Positions 11,863-23,679 of a stretch of DNA of 64,000 bases are shown here, one piece after another. Each line of letters begins with the position of its first letter. Within the stretch, counting starts at the first letter, position 1. The notes beneath the pieces are model-generated. The model was not told the origin of the DNA. It did not search any database and was given only the letters and a program-made list of their open reading frames with translations. The DNA comes from an uncultured Acidobacteriaceae bacterium (lineage in GTDB: Bacteria > Acidobacteriota > Terriglobia > Terriglobales > Acidobacteriaceae): the NCBI GenBank assembly GCA_963780975.1, contig CAWAEU010000066.1, forward strand, positions 7,775-71,774, written 5' to 3'. Made by a program: the position numbers and the translations under genes.

Positions 11863-13627
11863 ATGGGAACCAAGCAAAACGCAAGCATGCCGAATGGCAC
11901 CTCACCACACCCACCCGCCTCACCGGCGCGGAGATCGTCTGGGCGACGCTGGTGGGCGAGGGCGTTACCGACGTCTTCGGTTATCCCGGCGGGGCGATTC
12001 TGCCCGTCTACGATGCGCTGCGCAAGTTTCCCATTCACCACACCCTGGTGCGCCACGAGCAGGGCGCCGCGCACATGGCCGACGGGTACTCGCGCGCTTC
12101 AGGCAAAGTCGGCGTGGCCATCGCCACCAGCGGTCCCGGCGCGACGAATCTGGTAACCGGCATCGCCACGGCCATGCTGGACTCGATTCCCATCGTCTGC
12201 ATCACCGGCAACGTTTCCAGCAAAGTTCTGGGCACCGATGCATTTCAGGAAGTGGACATCACCGGCATCACACTGCCCGTCACCAAGCACAATTTCCTCA
12301 TCAGCCGCACCGAGGATATTGCGCCGGCTATCCGCAGCGCCTTTCAGATCGCACAGTCGGGCCGGCCCGGACCGGTGCTCGTCGACATCACCAAGGACGC
12401 GCAGCAGGCCACGGCGAACTTCGACTTTGAAGCCGCCAAGCCTCGCGCCTATCGCCCCCACCCCATGCTGCGCGTTGAAGACTCCGGGCTGGCGCAGGCC
12501 GCAGAGCTGATTCGCAACGCCAAGCGCCCGGTGATCCTGGCCGGCCACGGCGTCTCCGAGTCCGGCGCCATGGAGCAGGTGCGCACACTGGCCGAGCGCG
12601 CGCAGATTCCCGTCGCGCTCACTCTGCTCGGCCTGGGCAAATTTCCCGCATCGCATCCGCTGAATCTGGGCATGATGGGCATGCACGGCGAGGCATGGGT
12701 GAACCACGCCATTCAGGAAGCCGATCTGCTGATCGCCTGCGGCATGCGCTTTGACGATCGCGTTACCGGCTCGACTTCAACTTATTCGCTCAAGTCGAAA
12801 AAGATTCACATCGAGGTTGACCCGGCGGAGATCAATAAGAACATCAAGGTCGATGTTGCCCTGGTGGGCGATCTGCGCGAAGTGCTTGAACAGTTGCTGC
12901 CGCGCATCGCAGGACGCGACGGTTCGGCATGGATGAAGACCATTGAAGCTAGCAAGGGCGCAGTCGCCGTGCGTGACATCAAGAACCTGCCTGACCTGGG
13001 CCACCTTTACGCGGCGCATGTGATTCACGATATCTGGCGCATCACCGGCGGCAACGCCATCGTGGTTACCGACGTTGGCCAGCACCAGATGTGGGAGGCG
13101 CAGTACTACCACCACGAGAAGCCGCGCAGCCTGATCACCTCCGGCGGCCTGGGAACCATGGGCTTCGCGCTGCCCGCGGCTATCGGCGCAAAGTTTGCAT
13201 GCCCAGAAAAGGAAGTGTGGGTTGTGGCCGGCGACGGCGGTTTCCAGATGACCGCAGCCGAGCTCTCCACCATCGTGCAGGAAAAAATCAAGATCAATAT
13301 CGCCATCATCAACAACGGCTTTCTGGGCATGGTGCGCCAATGGCAGCAGTTCTTTTATGAAAGCAACTACGAAGCCACGCCGCTCATCAGTCCCGACTTT
13401 GTGAAGCTCGCCGACGCTCATGGCATTCGTGGGCTCGCTGTTCGTACGCGCGCTGAGGTTGCTTCAGCCGTGGCCGAGGCACGCTCCGCACCCGGCGCTT
13501 TTCTGTTCAACTTTATGGTCGAAAAGGAAGAGTCGGTTTACCCGATGATTCCCGCCGGCTCGCATTGCACGAAATGATTCGCCGTCCTGGCAAAGATCCA
13601 CTGCTGGAAACGCCGGACGACAAGTAA
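11863..13627 (+). CDS. ilvB: Acetolactate synthase large subunit (frameshifts near both ends)
   Basis: FGYPGGAILP, RHEQGA, TSGPGATN, TDVGQHQMW, GDGGFQM TPP motif. Confidence 0.95.
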
Positions 13628-13630
13628 GGC

Positions 13631-13735
13631 AGTGAAGAAGTGAAATAGTGAAGGAGTGAAAATAGGCAAGCTCTTAGTCTTTCACTCATTCACTGATTCG
13701 CTTTTTCACTCGGTCGCTTGGTCACTGGTTACTTG
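13631..13735. repeat. Inverted 8-nt tandem repeats (AGTGAA / TTCACT cores)
   Basis: agtgaaga-agtgaaat-agtgaagg-agtgaaaa followed by ttcactca-ttcactga-ttcgcttt-ttcactcg. Confidence 0.75.
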
Positions 13736-13747
13736 GAGATAGTCATC

Positions 13748-14325
13748 ATGCTACATACATTCGTTGCTTACGTTGAAGACATACCCGGCGTGCTTACGCG
13801 CGTCGCTTCGCTCTTCCGCCGCCTCAACATCAATATCAACTCGCTCACGGTGGGACGCAGCGAGCGGCCTGGACTCTCGCGCCTGACGCTGGTGTGCGAG
13901 GCTTCAGCCGAGGCCGGACATCGCGTCCGCGCCAGCCTGTTTAAACTTGAGAATGTTGTCGATGTGGACGATATTTCAGGCGATCCCGCGGTTACACGCG
14001 AACTGGCGCTGATCAAAATCAGCGCGACCCTCGCAACCGCGCTCAGATCTTCGATCTGGTAGAAGTATTTCGCGCCCGCATTGTCGACCTGACTTCAGAA
14101 TCGCTGATGATTGAGATGACCGGCGTGGAGAGCAAGATTGAAGGGCTGATCGAGGTGCTGCGCGAAGACGATGGGCGCATCCTCGAGATCTGCCGCAGCG
14201 GCAAAATGACCATGCGCCGCGGGCACCACACTTCGAGCGTATTGAAAGCCATGGGCGCCGGAGCAGACGATCCGGATGCGACTGCAGAAGCTCTGGAAGA
14301 CAGCGTGGCCACCGAGCAGGAGTGA
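13748..14325 (+). CDS. ilvN: Acetolactate synthase small regulatory subunit (frameshift ~14030)
   Basis: PGVLTRVASLFRRLNININSLTVG ACT domain; RELALIKI; EICRSG. Confidence 0.9.
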
Positions 14326-14406
14326 GGTTGGTTATCGGCACACTCATGCCAAATCGAATTTAGAATTGCGGGCCGGGAACAATTGGCTCGTTCCACGGAA
14401 TTTTAA

Positions 14407-15443
<1,037 letters not shown>

Positions 15444-15474
15444 AACGCGGTAGATCCTACGCCATAGCGAATGA

Positions 15475-15520
15475 ATAGCGCCCTGCTAGATAGATCCTCT
15501 CGGGGCGCTATCTGCGTCTT
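15475..15520 (+). terminator. Putative terminator hairpin after ilvC
   Basis: ATAGCGCCC...GGGCGCTAT inverted repeat. Confidence 0.5.
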
Positions 15521-15604
15521 TAGTTCGCCTATCGCTCGGGGTATCGGAAACTTATTTGCAAGCTTGAACGTTAAAGCTATGGCCAACTGTTCTCGTTCAA
15601 TTTC

Positions 15605-16582
15605 CTAATTAATGATCTCCCAGCCCAGATCGCAGACTGTTTGATTATCATCTTTGAGCGAAGTGAGGGCCACTTTCTTGGAGCCGTCTGGATTGATCTT
15701 GATAATCAATGCCCACAATGAGTGGTCATAGGTGAATTTGAGCCGCGGTTTTGGCAGATTGTCAAAGATCACCGTGCCGCCTTTGGGCACGGGCGGTCCC
15801 TGATAGTGCAATACAGCTGAACGCTCCGTTGTAGCCTCTGGTAATGGGTAGCTCGGCGGAGTTACGGCAGGAATACTCGTTGGATTGGCGTTAACGGCCG
15901 TTTGCTGTTGAGGAACTGCATTTGGATCTTGCGCAACCGACAGCGCAACGGCTGGTTGCGCAGGGTCCGGTTTCACACTAGAGCTTGAAAGTGCATCGCA
16001 CGAGGCCGGATTATTTCCAAGCTTCTGCTGCTTCTCCCAGTCCCGAACCACATCTGTATTTACCCAATCGAGTGCGGTTTTGTATGTAGGATGAACGCGA
16101 ATTTCCGTGTTAAAGAAAAGTTCGATACATTTTGTATCTGGATCGCGGTAATAGCGGGCAATCGGATTTCCGTTCTCGTCGAAGAACCGCTTATGAGGAC
16201 TCGCCAGACTCAGCAGGTAAAGGAGAATGCACGTTCCCGCATAAATTCCGCAAACCGTAGTGGCCAATTTCTTATTGTTAAAAGTAGTAAGAGCCACGAA
16301 TATCGTTGGCGTTAGTAAGAAATACACAGCCGCCAAAACAAATGAGAGTGCCTGGAGCAAATAGGGGTCGAGCGACCAGGTCACATTCAGTAGTTGCTTA
16401 TGCGTCTCGATAAAGGCCAGGTAAAAAGACAATAGATTGAGGCCGACCAATAAAGCATACAAAACAATAGCGACGGCGACCGTTGTACCAAAAATTTCCC
16501 AGGGAGACTTTCCCTTTTTCCACATGGAAATTGCAAAACCGGAAGCAAGTCCCACGAGGACCACAAAAACAAGAATTAACAT
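15605..16582 (-). CDS. Hypothetical membrane protein (4 N-terminal TM segments, Pro-rich linker, C-terminal beta domain)
   Basis: 325-aa ORF with hydrophobic N-terminus; AT-richer sequence. Confidence 0.7.
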   Translation of the reverse strand: MLILVFVVLVGLASGFAISMWKKGKSPWEIFGTTVAVAIVLYALLVGLNLLSFYLAFIETHKQLLNVTWSLDPYLLQALSFVLAAVYFLLTPTIFVALTTFNNKKLATTVCGIYAGTCILLYLLSLASPHKRFFDENGNPIARYYRDPDTKCIELFFNTEIRVHPTYKTALDWVNTDVVRDWEKQQKLGNNPASCDALSSSSVKPDPAQPAVALSVAQDPNAVPQQQTAVNANPTSIPAVTPPSYPLPEATTERSAVLHYQGPPVPKGGTVIFDNLPKPRLKFTYDHSLWALIIKINPDGSKKVALTSLKDDNQTVCDLGWEIIN

Positions 16583-16620
16583 GGTATCTCCTTTGGAAAG
16601 CTGAACAGTTGAACAACCTG

Positions 16621-16792
16621 CTAGGACCGCCTCGATTTGAACATGGGAAGAACAACTAAGACTAAAATGTTCAAAATGATGCCAACGGCAGTCCAGACGG
16701 CAGGATTCCGGCCCGTTTTCCTGGCAAACACATAGCCAGCCAGTCCGCTAATCGCACCTGTAACTACAAACACAAGCCACAGATCAGCCATT
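16621..16792 (-). CDS. Small two-TM hypothetical protein
   Basis: MADLWLVFVV...ARKTGRNPAVW...LVLVVLP. Confidence 0.55.
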
Positions 16793-16963
16793 GGCCAACC
16801 CCTTTCAGAATCAATGAAAAACCGGTGTTTTGATTTCCACAATAATACGCCTAGCCGCGGTGGGAGTGCTTAAGAAAGAGCGGAAAGTTACTCGCATTGC
16901 GAAAATTACGTTGCATGAAACATTACAGCAATCTATCATGTTTCATGTAACGCGAGGTTCGCC

Positions 16964-17176
16964 ATGGGATCTGCAGTCACAATAAGGGTACGAAAGCATC
17001 GCGAGCAATTGCGGGCCGAAGGGCTGAAGCCGGTGCAGATCTGGGTTTCGGATACCAAGTCGGAGAGCTTCCGCCGGAAGTGTGAACGGGAATCTCTATC
17101 GCTGGCCGCCGATCCGCTGGAGGCCGAGACGCTTGATTGGATTGCCGAGGTCGCGGATACGGATGGATGGGTATGA
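16964..17176 (+). CDS. MazE-like antitoxin (DUF3018 type)
   Basis: RVRKHREQLRAEGLKPVQIWV motif; overlaps the toxin start (ATGA). Confidence 0.85.
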   Translation: MGSAVTIRVRKHREQLRAEGLKPVQIWVSDTKSESFRRKCERESLSLAADPLEAETLDWIAEVADTDGWV

Positions 17177-17496
17177 AACGCGGCGATCTGATCCCGGTGG
17201 TTTTGGCTGGCGCGTACGGAAAACCACGACCGGCGCTGGTGATTCAGTCGGACTTATTTCAAAAGCATCCTTCCATCACGGTTTTGCCTGTCACCAGCGA
17301 GTTGCGACCCATCGAGACATTTCGTATTGCCGCAGAGCCGAGCAAGAAGAACGGACTGCGCGCACGATCGCAGATTATGGTGGACAAGGCGCACACGATT
17401 CCGCGCGCTAAGGCCGGCGATCCATTCGGCGAGCTGGAACGGCGGACTCTGACTGCCGTCGATCGGGCGCTGGCTGTTTTTCTCGGATTGGGTTAA
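17173..17496 (+). CDS. PemK/MazF-family endoribonuclease toxin
   Basis: MKRGDL...YGKPRPALVIQSD...LPVTS...SQIMVDK. Confidence 0.9.
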   Translation: MKRGDLIPVVLAGAYGKPRPALVIQSDLFQKHPSITVLPVTSELRPIETFRIAAEPSKKNGLRARSQIMVDKAHTIPRAKAGDPFGELERRTLTAVDRALAVFLGLG

Positions 17497-17532
17497 AAGA
17501 TTCTCGGCAATATTCGTCGAGAATTTTCGAAC

Positions 17533-19760
17533 TTACTTTTTGTCCAGCCGAAATGCCGCGGCTTGAAAATCGCCGCGGAAGTTTTCGTCCATCTCCAGGC
17601 CGTGGTGCATCCACCATGCGCCGCTGGCTACGGTTGGAGTTCCTTCGCGCGCTTTGCCTTCTATGGGGGCAAGCGCGTACTCCGCCGCCGGATCAAGGCC
17701 CTTCAATTTGAGCAATGGAAATCCCCAGCCCTTTTGCGTTGAATGAATGAACGCAAAGACCACCGCCTGGCTTTTGTCTTCGCTGACGCGCTCGTTGGCA
17801 TCAAACTCGCTACCGTTGCGCGGGGAGATGAGGCGGTAAAGATCGCCCTCGACGATGGTCGGCTGCAACTGGTGGTAAACCGCGATCAGCCTCTTGGCCA
17901 GGGCGGTCTGCTCGTCGTTCCACTTGGTAATGTCGGCGCCGATGCCCAGAGAGCCCTGCATGGCGCTGAGCATGCGGTAAGTCATGAAGGTCGCCCGACC
18001 GTTATTCATACCGTCTGGTGAATCTCCCAGCCACGTCGTCATGATTTGCGCCGTATAAGGGTAGCTGAATCCATCCTGGAGTGAGAGCGAGTCAAAGGGG
18101 TCGCCATCGTCGGAGATGGCCGCCTCGACCGCATAGCGCATGATTCCCAGATCGACGCGGCCACCGCCACCGGAGCAGGTTTCGATCTCAAGATTCGGAT
18201 GCTTTTTGCGCAGCTCGGCGAGAATGGCGTACATGTTCTGAACGAATTGAACGTAAACGCGCTTCTGCTCGGCGGCGGGAAGCTGATCCCAGCCGGGCTC
18301 GCTCCAGTTGCGGTTGTAATCGATTTTTATGTAGGAGATATCGTTTTCGGTTAGCAGCTTGTCGAGGAATCCGCGCACAAAATCGCGCACATCGGGGCGG
18401 GCAAGGTTGAGCACAAGCTGATTGCGCTGCTCGGAGCGGGGACGGCCGGGGAAGTTGAGCACCCAATCGGGATGCTGACGGTAGAGATCGGAGTCGGGGT
18501 TGACCATCTCCGGCTCAACCCATAGGCCGAAGTCCATGCCCAGCGAGTGAACTTTGTCGATGAGCGGCTTGAGGCCGTGGGGAAACTTCTCCTTATTCAC
18601 ATACCAGTCGCCGAGGCCGGCATGATCGTCTTTGCGCTGGCCAAACCAGCCGTCGTCCATAATGAACCGGTCGACACCGAGAGTGGCTGCCTTCTCCGCC
18701 AGCGCAATCTGCCCGGCCTCGCTGACGTTAAAATGTGGTGACGCCCCAGGAGTTGTACATCACCGGCCGCACCTTGGGAAGCGGTTGGCCGGCTGTTGCT
18801 GCGGTGCGGGGCAGAATGCGCTTGAGCTCGTAGCGATGCAGCAGGCGCGATGCGCCGCCAAGGCCGTTGGCCGAGTAGCCGCCGTAAAAAATCGGCGTCT
18901 CAAGCTGCTCTCCCGGGTGCAAGACGTAGCCGAAGTCGAAGGGATTGTAGCCGCCGGTGACGCGCACCGCGTTCAACTGATCCTCTCTCGACTGTGATGC
19001 GCCACGACCCGCTCCATCCCAGCGCGCCAAACCAAACCTCGCCGTGGTCTTCGTCGGCGGGGCCTGACTGCCAGCGCAAACCAGGGATTGGCTTGGTGGC
19101 CCGTTGAACCTCTGCGGCTCTCGATCACTCGCGCGCCCGGATGCACAGCTTCCTGGGTCAGGTTCCACTCCCCCGCCCAGCGCCCGGTCAGATAGTTCAG
19201 CGTGTAGGCTCCGGCCGGCAGCGCCCAAGCCGCGGCGGAGCCTGCTCCACCGTCACAGGCTGCGCCTCGCGGTTCTCAATGGTCGCCGAGCGTGCAAGAA
19301 TTCCGCTTTCCGGGTCCATCTCGTAGTGCAGGGTGACATAAATTCCACGCTTGATATCCTTGAGCACTACGTCAAAGCCGTGCGGCGTTATTGTGTGACT
19401 GTCGTAGTGCAGCACCAGGTCGCGGTTGCCGTCGGCAAAGCTCACTTTCAGCGCCGGCTCAACAAAAAGGCCCGCGCCCCATCCTGCGTACTCCTGCGGC
19501 GTGGTGGTGTTGGATGAGTCAAAGGAAGCCCACTCGGGAATGGTCTGCGCCTGCGGAAAGCTGTCTGATGCCGCGAGCCGCCCGCCCCAGTAAAGTTGCT
19601 GCAACTCGCCTTTCGCATTCACGCCGAAGACATAGGTGACCCTGCCTCCATCGAGCCGGAAGACTTTTGTGGCGGCATCGAAGCTGGCATCAGCAGGCTG
19701 TGCTGAGGCAACCAGAGTAGCGGCAAGCAAAACGACAAGTGCGGAAATAGCTTTCAACAT
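17533..19760 (-). CDS. Alpha-galactosidase GH36 with signal peptide (several frameshifts)
   Basis: YNSW, MDDGWFG, FGLWVEPEMVN, KIDYNR, ETCSGGGGRVDLG. Confidence 0.9.
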
Positions 19761-19879
19761 AGACGATCTCCTGAGTCTCAATCCAAACCGACCCATGATA
19801 GCATCCGGCCTGCGAGCAGAGCCCCCAGCCCGATGTGTTCAAATTGAGGTAGATACAGATTTTTAATAGAAACGGAACC

Positions 19880-21181
19880 ATGGCGAATCAAACTGCAGGA
19901 GCGCAACCGGACCAGAAGAAATCTCTTCGGAAACAGCTTTTCATCATCGTACTGGCGGCTTTTGCCATTCGCATGGTGGTGGTCTTCTTTACTTATCGCG
20001 ACCTGCCCGACGCGGACAAATATTACGAACAGTTTGGCTGGGAGGTTGGCTGGGTGGCAAGGGCGCTGGCTAGCGGGCGCGGCTACTCCTCGCCCTTCTA
20101 TCCATGGAGCGGGCCCACCGCGCTGGTTGCCCCACTCTATACCTATCTCCTGGCAGGCGTCTTTCGCGTCTTCGGCATCTACACGCTGACCTCTGGATTC
20201 ATCATTCTCACAATCAACAGCCTGCTCAGTTCCCTCACCTGCATCGCGGTCTACTTCAGCGCCAAATATGCGCTGAGCTCGCGCATCGCAAAATACGCGG
20301 CATGGACGTGGGCTTTTTATCCTTTTGCGATTTATTTTTCCGCCGGACGGGTTTGGGACTATGCGCTGACCGGGCTACTCTTCACCACCTGCTTCTGCAT
20401 TGCGCAGCGCATTCACAACTCAGAAAAGCCATTGGCGTGGCTGGGCTTCGGCGCGCTCTACGGTTTGACTGCGCTGTCTAATCCGGCGGTGATGTCGGTG
20501 CTGCCGTTTCTGCTGCTGCTAGCGCTGTGGCAGGTGTTCCGCGCGGGACGGCCGTGGTTTTGGAAGGGCGTGCTCACCGCAGTGGGAGTGATTCTGGTGG
20601 TCTCGCCATGGACGGTGCGCAACTACCGCGTGCTGGGGATCATTTGCCCTATCCGCGACAACTACTGGCACAATTTTTATGCAGGCAACTTTGGCGATAC
20701 ATCTGACCCGATGCCGCCTGAGAAGCATCCGGCCAGCAATCCCGTGGAGATGCAAAAGTATCTATCGATGGGCGAGACTGCCTATCTCAAGGAGAAGCAC
20801 GCGCTGGCCATCGCCTGTGTTACCGAGCATCCTGTGTTTTTTGTAAAGCTCACGCTGCGGCGGGTGCTCTTTTACTGGACCGGCTTCTGGAGCTTCGACT
20901 CCGATTACATGCATCGCGAACCAACCGAGTTGGGCAATATGTTTTATTGCATCTGCGTTTTACTGCTGATGCTGCGCGGCGCGTGGCGATTGTGGCGCAC
21001 TAACCGCGAGGCGGCACTGCCCTACCTGGTGCTGATTGGAATTTTTCCGCTGGCCTACTACATTACTCATCCGCTGATGGATTACCGCCAGCCGATTGAG
21101 CCGGCGATTGTGGTGTTGGCAGTGGCGGGAGCAGTATCCCGCTCAACAAAACCTGACGAATCAGCCTTACTCAGTCGTTGA
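19880..21181 (+). CDS. GT-C membrane glycosyltransferase (ArnT/PMT_2-like)
   Basis: Many TM segments; GPTALVAPLY and PWTVRNY motifs. Confidence 0.75.
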   Translation: MANQTAGAQPDQKKSLRKQLFIIVLAAFAIRMVVVFFTYRDLPDADKYYEQFGWEVGWVARALASGRGYSSPFYPWSGPTALVAPLYTYLLAGVFRVFGIYTLTSGFIILTINSLLSSLTCIAVYFSAKYALSSRIAKYAAWTWAFYPFAIYFSAGRVWDYALTGLLFTTCFCIAQRIHNSEKPLAWLGFGALYGLTALSNPAVMSVLPFLLLLALWQVFRAGRPWFWKGVLTAVGVILVVSPWTVRNYRVLGIICPIRDNYWHNFYAGNFGDTSDPMPPEKHPASNPVEMQKYLSMGETAYLKEKHALAIACVTEHPVFFVKLTLRRVLFYWTGFWSFDSDYMHREPTELGNMFYCICVLLLMLRGAWRLWRTNREAALPYLVLIGIFPLAYYITHPLMDYRQPIEPAIVVLAVAGAVSRSTKPDESALLSR

Positions 21182-21688
21182 TTTCGGACGAAGGGTGCGG
21201 ACTTTAGAACTTTTCGACGGAAACGAATACTGCCCGTGCGCTTCCTGCTTCGCAATCTGGCTGTTCCTGCGCGCCTCAACATACTTCAGCACCGTTTCGT
21301 AACGCTGTGAGGCCGCTGAAAAGCGTCCCACCATCTCCGCGGTCTTCACCAGGAAGCCCGGATTCTTTTCCCGGATCGCTTCAATGATGGGCGCGAACTT
21401 GGCCAGCAGAAAAAATCCCTCGGCATTGCAATCCACAAACAACTCCGCTGAAACCGCCCCGTGCAGCACCATTGCCGCCGCCATCTCCCAGTAGGTGAGC
21501 ACCTGCCGCAGCCAGGCATTGTGCGGGTCGGAGGGATTTTCAGCGACGGCAAAGTACTCCGCCGCCGTCGTAGGCCAGAACTCGCCCGTGATCCAGGCAC
21601 GCGCCTGGCGCATCACCGCTTCAGTGCGCAGTTCATAGAGTTTGAGTACGATTTCGGCATCGGCAGGGGTTGCTAGCATGCGTTCCAT
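21167..21688 (-). CDS. Conserved hypothetical protein (DUF4760-like)
   Basis: DAEIVLKLYELRTEAVMRQARAW...RQVLTYWEMAA. Confidence 0.7.
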   Translation of the reverse strand: MERMLATPADAEIVLKLYELRTEAVMRQARAWITGEFWPTTAAEYFAVAENPSDPHNAWLRQVLTYWEMAAAMVLHGAVSAELFVDCNAEGFFLLAKFAPIIEAIREKNPGFLVKTAEMVGRFSAASQRYETVLKYVEARRNSQIAKQEAHGQYSFPSKSSKVRTLRPKSTTE

Positions 21689-21794
21689 TTGATTTTCTCC
21701 GCTGTTCAATATTAGCGGATTCAGGTGCGGATCGCTCGATAACTGCAATAACGATTGGAGACCTGGGAACGATTTCAGGTTTTCGCGGCCCAAA

Positions 21795-21827
21795 AGCAAA
21801 AAGCCCACTGATTGAGCGGGCTTTTGC
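21795..21827 (-). terminator. Terminator downstream of tRNA-Glu
   Basis: AAAAGCCC...GGGCTTTT hairpin. Confidence 0.7.
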
Positions 21828-21837
21828 GGATGATGTC

Positions 21838-21912
21838 TGGTAGCGCTACCGGGAATTGAACCCGGGTTTTAAGATTGAGAATCTCACGTCCTAACCCCTA
21901 GACGATAGCGCC
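21838..21912 (-). tRNA. tRNA-Glu (CTC)
   Basis: Reverse complement GGCGCTA TC GTCT...AGGAC G TGAGA TT-CTC-AA TCTTA ...CCGGG TTCAATT CCCGG TAGCGCT A CCA folds as a cloverleaf with CCA end. Confidence 0.97.
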
Positions 21913-21999
21913 ACATACGGCTGGAACTGACTCCTGCCGCTTATTTACTTTAACAAAAATCGGCCATTCGGCAAAGATTGACAGAGGCGCGGGAGCGAA

Positions 22000-22275
22000 T
22001 CAGATTCCCAGCTTCTTGACCTCGTCGTTGTAATACTTGCGGTAAAGAATCTCCCACTCCTGGGAGCCTTCCATGATGATCTTGCGCTGATTGGCGATCT
22101 TCAGACGGGCCGCAGAGTCGATTCTGGCTTCCTCGCCGAGCAGATCTTCAAGCGCCTTGCGCGCTTCCTGGCGAATGGTGTTGCGATCCTCGAGAAAACC
22201 CACCTGGTCGATATCGGCCAGCGTGTCGGCCACCGTGTGGGCCAGCTTGTTGAGCTTGTCGCGGTTGATCCTCAT
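22000..22275 (-). CDS. DUF507-family protein
   Basis: IIMEGSQEWEILYRKYYNDE; paired with a paralog. Confidence 0.8.
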   Translation of the reverse strand: MRINRDKLNKLAHTVADTLADIDQVGFLEDRNTIRQEARKALEDLLGEEARIDSAARLKIANQRKIIMEGSQEWEILYRKYYNDEVKKLGI

Positions 22276-22550
22276 AGAACCGCCTTGTACTTCTTGGTCA
22301 GCTCGTTCTTAACCTTCTTGAACATCTCGGCATATTGCGCGCCGGACTTGCGCATCTCCTCGGAATACGCTTCAAGAATCACGCGTACCTCCTCGTTAAT
22401 GCGGTCTTCAAGGGATAGTTCATCGATCAGGCCCTCGTTGACGCGCGCTTCGACCGCCTTCAGATCGGTGACGGTGATCATCTTGGCGTCGATGAGGTGC
22501 TTGACCGTTTTGCGGGCGAGATACCCGATGTAATCGCGGGAAAAAATCAT
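22272..22550 (-). CDS. DUF507-family protein
   Basis: EDRINEEVR...MFKKVKNEL. Confidence 0.8.
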   Translation of the reverse strand: MIFSRDYIGYLARKTVKHLIDAKMITVTDLKAVEARVNEGLIDELSLEDRINEEVRVILEAYSEEMRKSGAQYAEMFKKVKNELTKKYKAVL

Positions 22551-22630
22551 GGATTAATCTTCAGGATAACGCATGGGGCCGCACTATGTACACCTCATGC
22601 CCGGTGCGATAGTAGGTCATTTTGAAAGAA

Positions 22631-22712
22631 GCATCCCTCAGGGGCTAAAGCCCAAGCTGATTGTGTGATCTTTATGTACGGGCTTAAGCCCGTACCCTTC
22701 AAACTAACCCAC
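22631..22712. repeat. REP-like palindromic element
   Basis: CCCTCAGGGGCTAAAGCCC...GTACGGGCTTAAGCCCGTAC. Confidence 0.65.
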
Positions 22713-23064
22713 TATGCCCGGTGCGGGCAGCTCTTGGTATTCACGCACTCCTCGGCCAGGCGCAGCCGCTGCACCGGCCGCCCGCCCACCAGGTGCTCTT
22801 CAACAATCTCCGCCGCGTCCGAAGGGTTGCACATTGCCGTACCAAACCGCATCGGGGTAGACAACCACCGTAGGCCCATGCTCGCATTGGTCAAGGCACC
22901 CTGACTTGTTGATGCGCACCTTCGACCCCAAGCCCGGCCGCTTTGGCCAGTTGCTGCAACTGGGTGTGCAGTTCGCTCTTCCCGTCCGTGGTGCAGGACG
23001 GCCGTGGAGCATCGGCTGGGCGCGTGTTGTGGCAGACAAAAACGTGGCGTTCAAATGCGGGCAA
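22712..23064 (-). CDS. Thioredoxin-like [2Fe-2S] ferredoxin (frameshifted)
   Basis: HVFVC..R....SC; RINKSGCLDQCEHGPTVVVYPDAVWY. Confidence 0.85.
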
Positions 23065-23194
23065 GCGGTGATCCCTCCTGGAATGCGGTTGATTCAAGAT
23101 TACAGGCAGCGGACCCCTATTTGCCTTACACCCGCGAAGTTTCCACAATATGCAGCGCCCACCCACCCCCATCTGCGAAAATGAGTAATTGACA

Positions 23195-23674
23195 ATGAGC
23201 ACTGATAACCTACTCTCGCTGAAAGACGACATGGTGGCCTTTATTGAGGGCCACGGACTGCACCGCCTGCCCGGTTACGTCACCGACGATATACCCTCGA
23301 TTCTTTGGGAGGGAAATGGCAACCCTGACGCATGGAAAGACTTTGTGGAGATGGCCAAGCACGTGGGCGCTCCCTTTGTTACCTTCAGTGAGATGTCATT
23401 GGAGCGCGAGGAACTGGACGCGCTGATTGAAGAGGCCGGGGAGATGAACTACCCCGACGAAGAAGCCACCGAACTGGTGGAAGCCCAATGGCTGCGCAAA
23501 TACGCCGGCAACCTGGGCTATATCCAGCTGGGCTTTGTTTACCAGGGGTTGGTGTTTCTGCACGAGACCACGACCGAGTGGTATGAGCGCTTCCAATCGC
23601 TGGTGGAAGAGATCGAAAGCTTCCAGGACATCGTCATCGACGACGTTCATCGGGTTGACGGCGAGGACGAGTAA
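23195..23674 (+). CDS. Conserved acidic hypothetical protein
   Basis: 159-aa ORF directly upstream of recJ. Confidence 0.7.
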   Translation: MSTDNLLSLKDDMVAFIEGHGLHRLPGYVTDDIPSILWEGNGNPDAWKDFVEMAKHVGAPFVTFSEMSLEREELDALIEEAGEMNYPDEEATELVEAQWLRKYAGNLGYIQLGFVYQGLVFLHETTTEWYERFQSLVEEIESFQDIVIDDVHRVDGEDE

Positions 23675-23679
23675 GCCGG

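Noticed and set aside
21838-21912. tRNA as a prophage or island attachment site
   Set aside because: No integrase, and no duplicated tRNA 3' end noticed in the window
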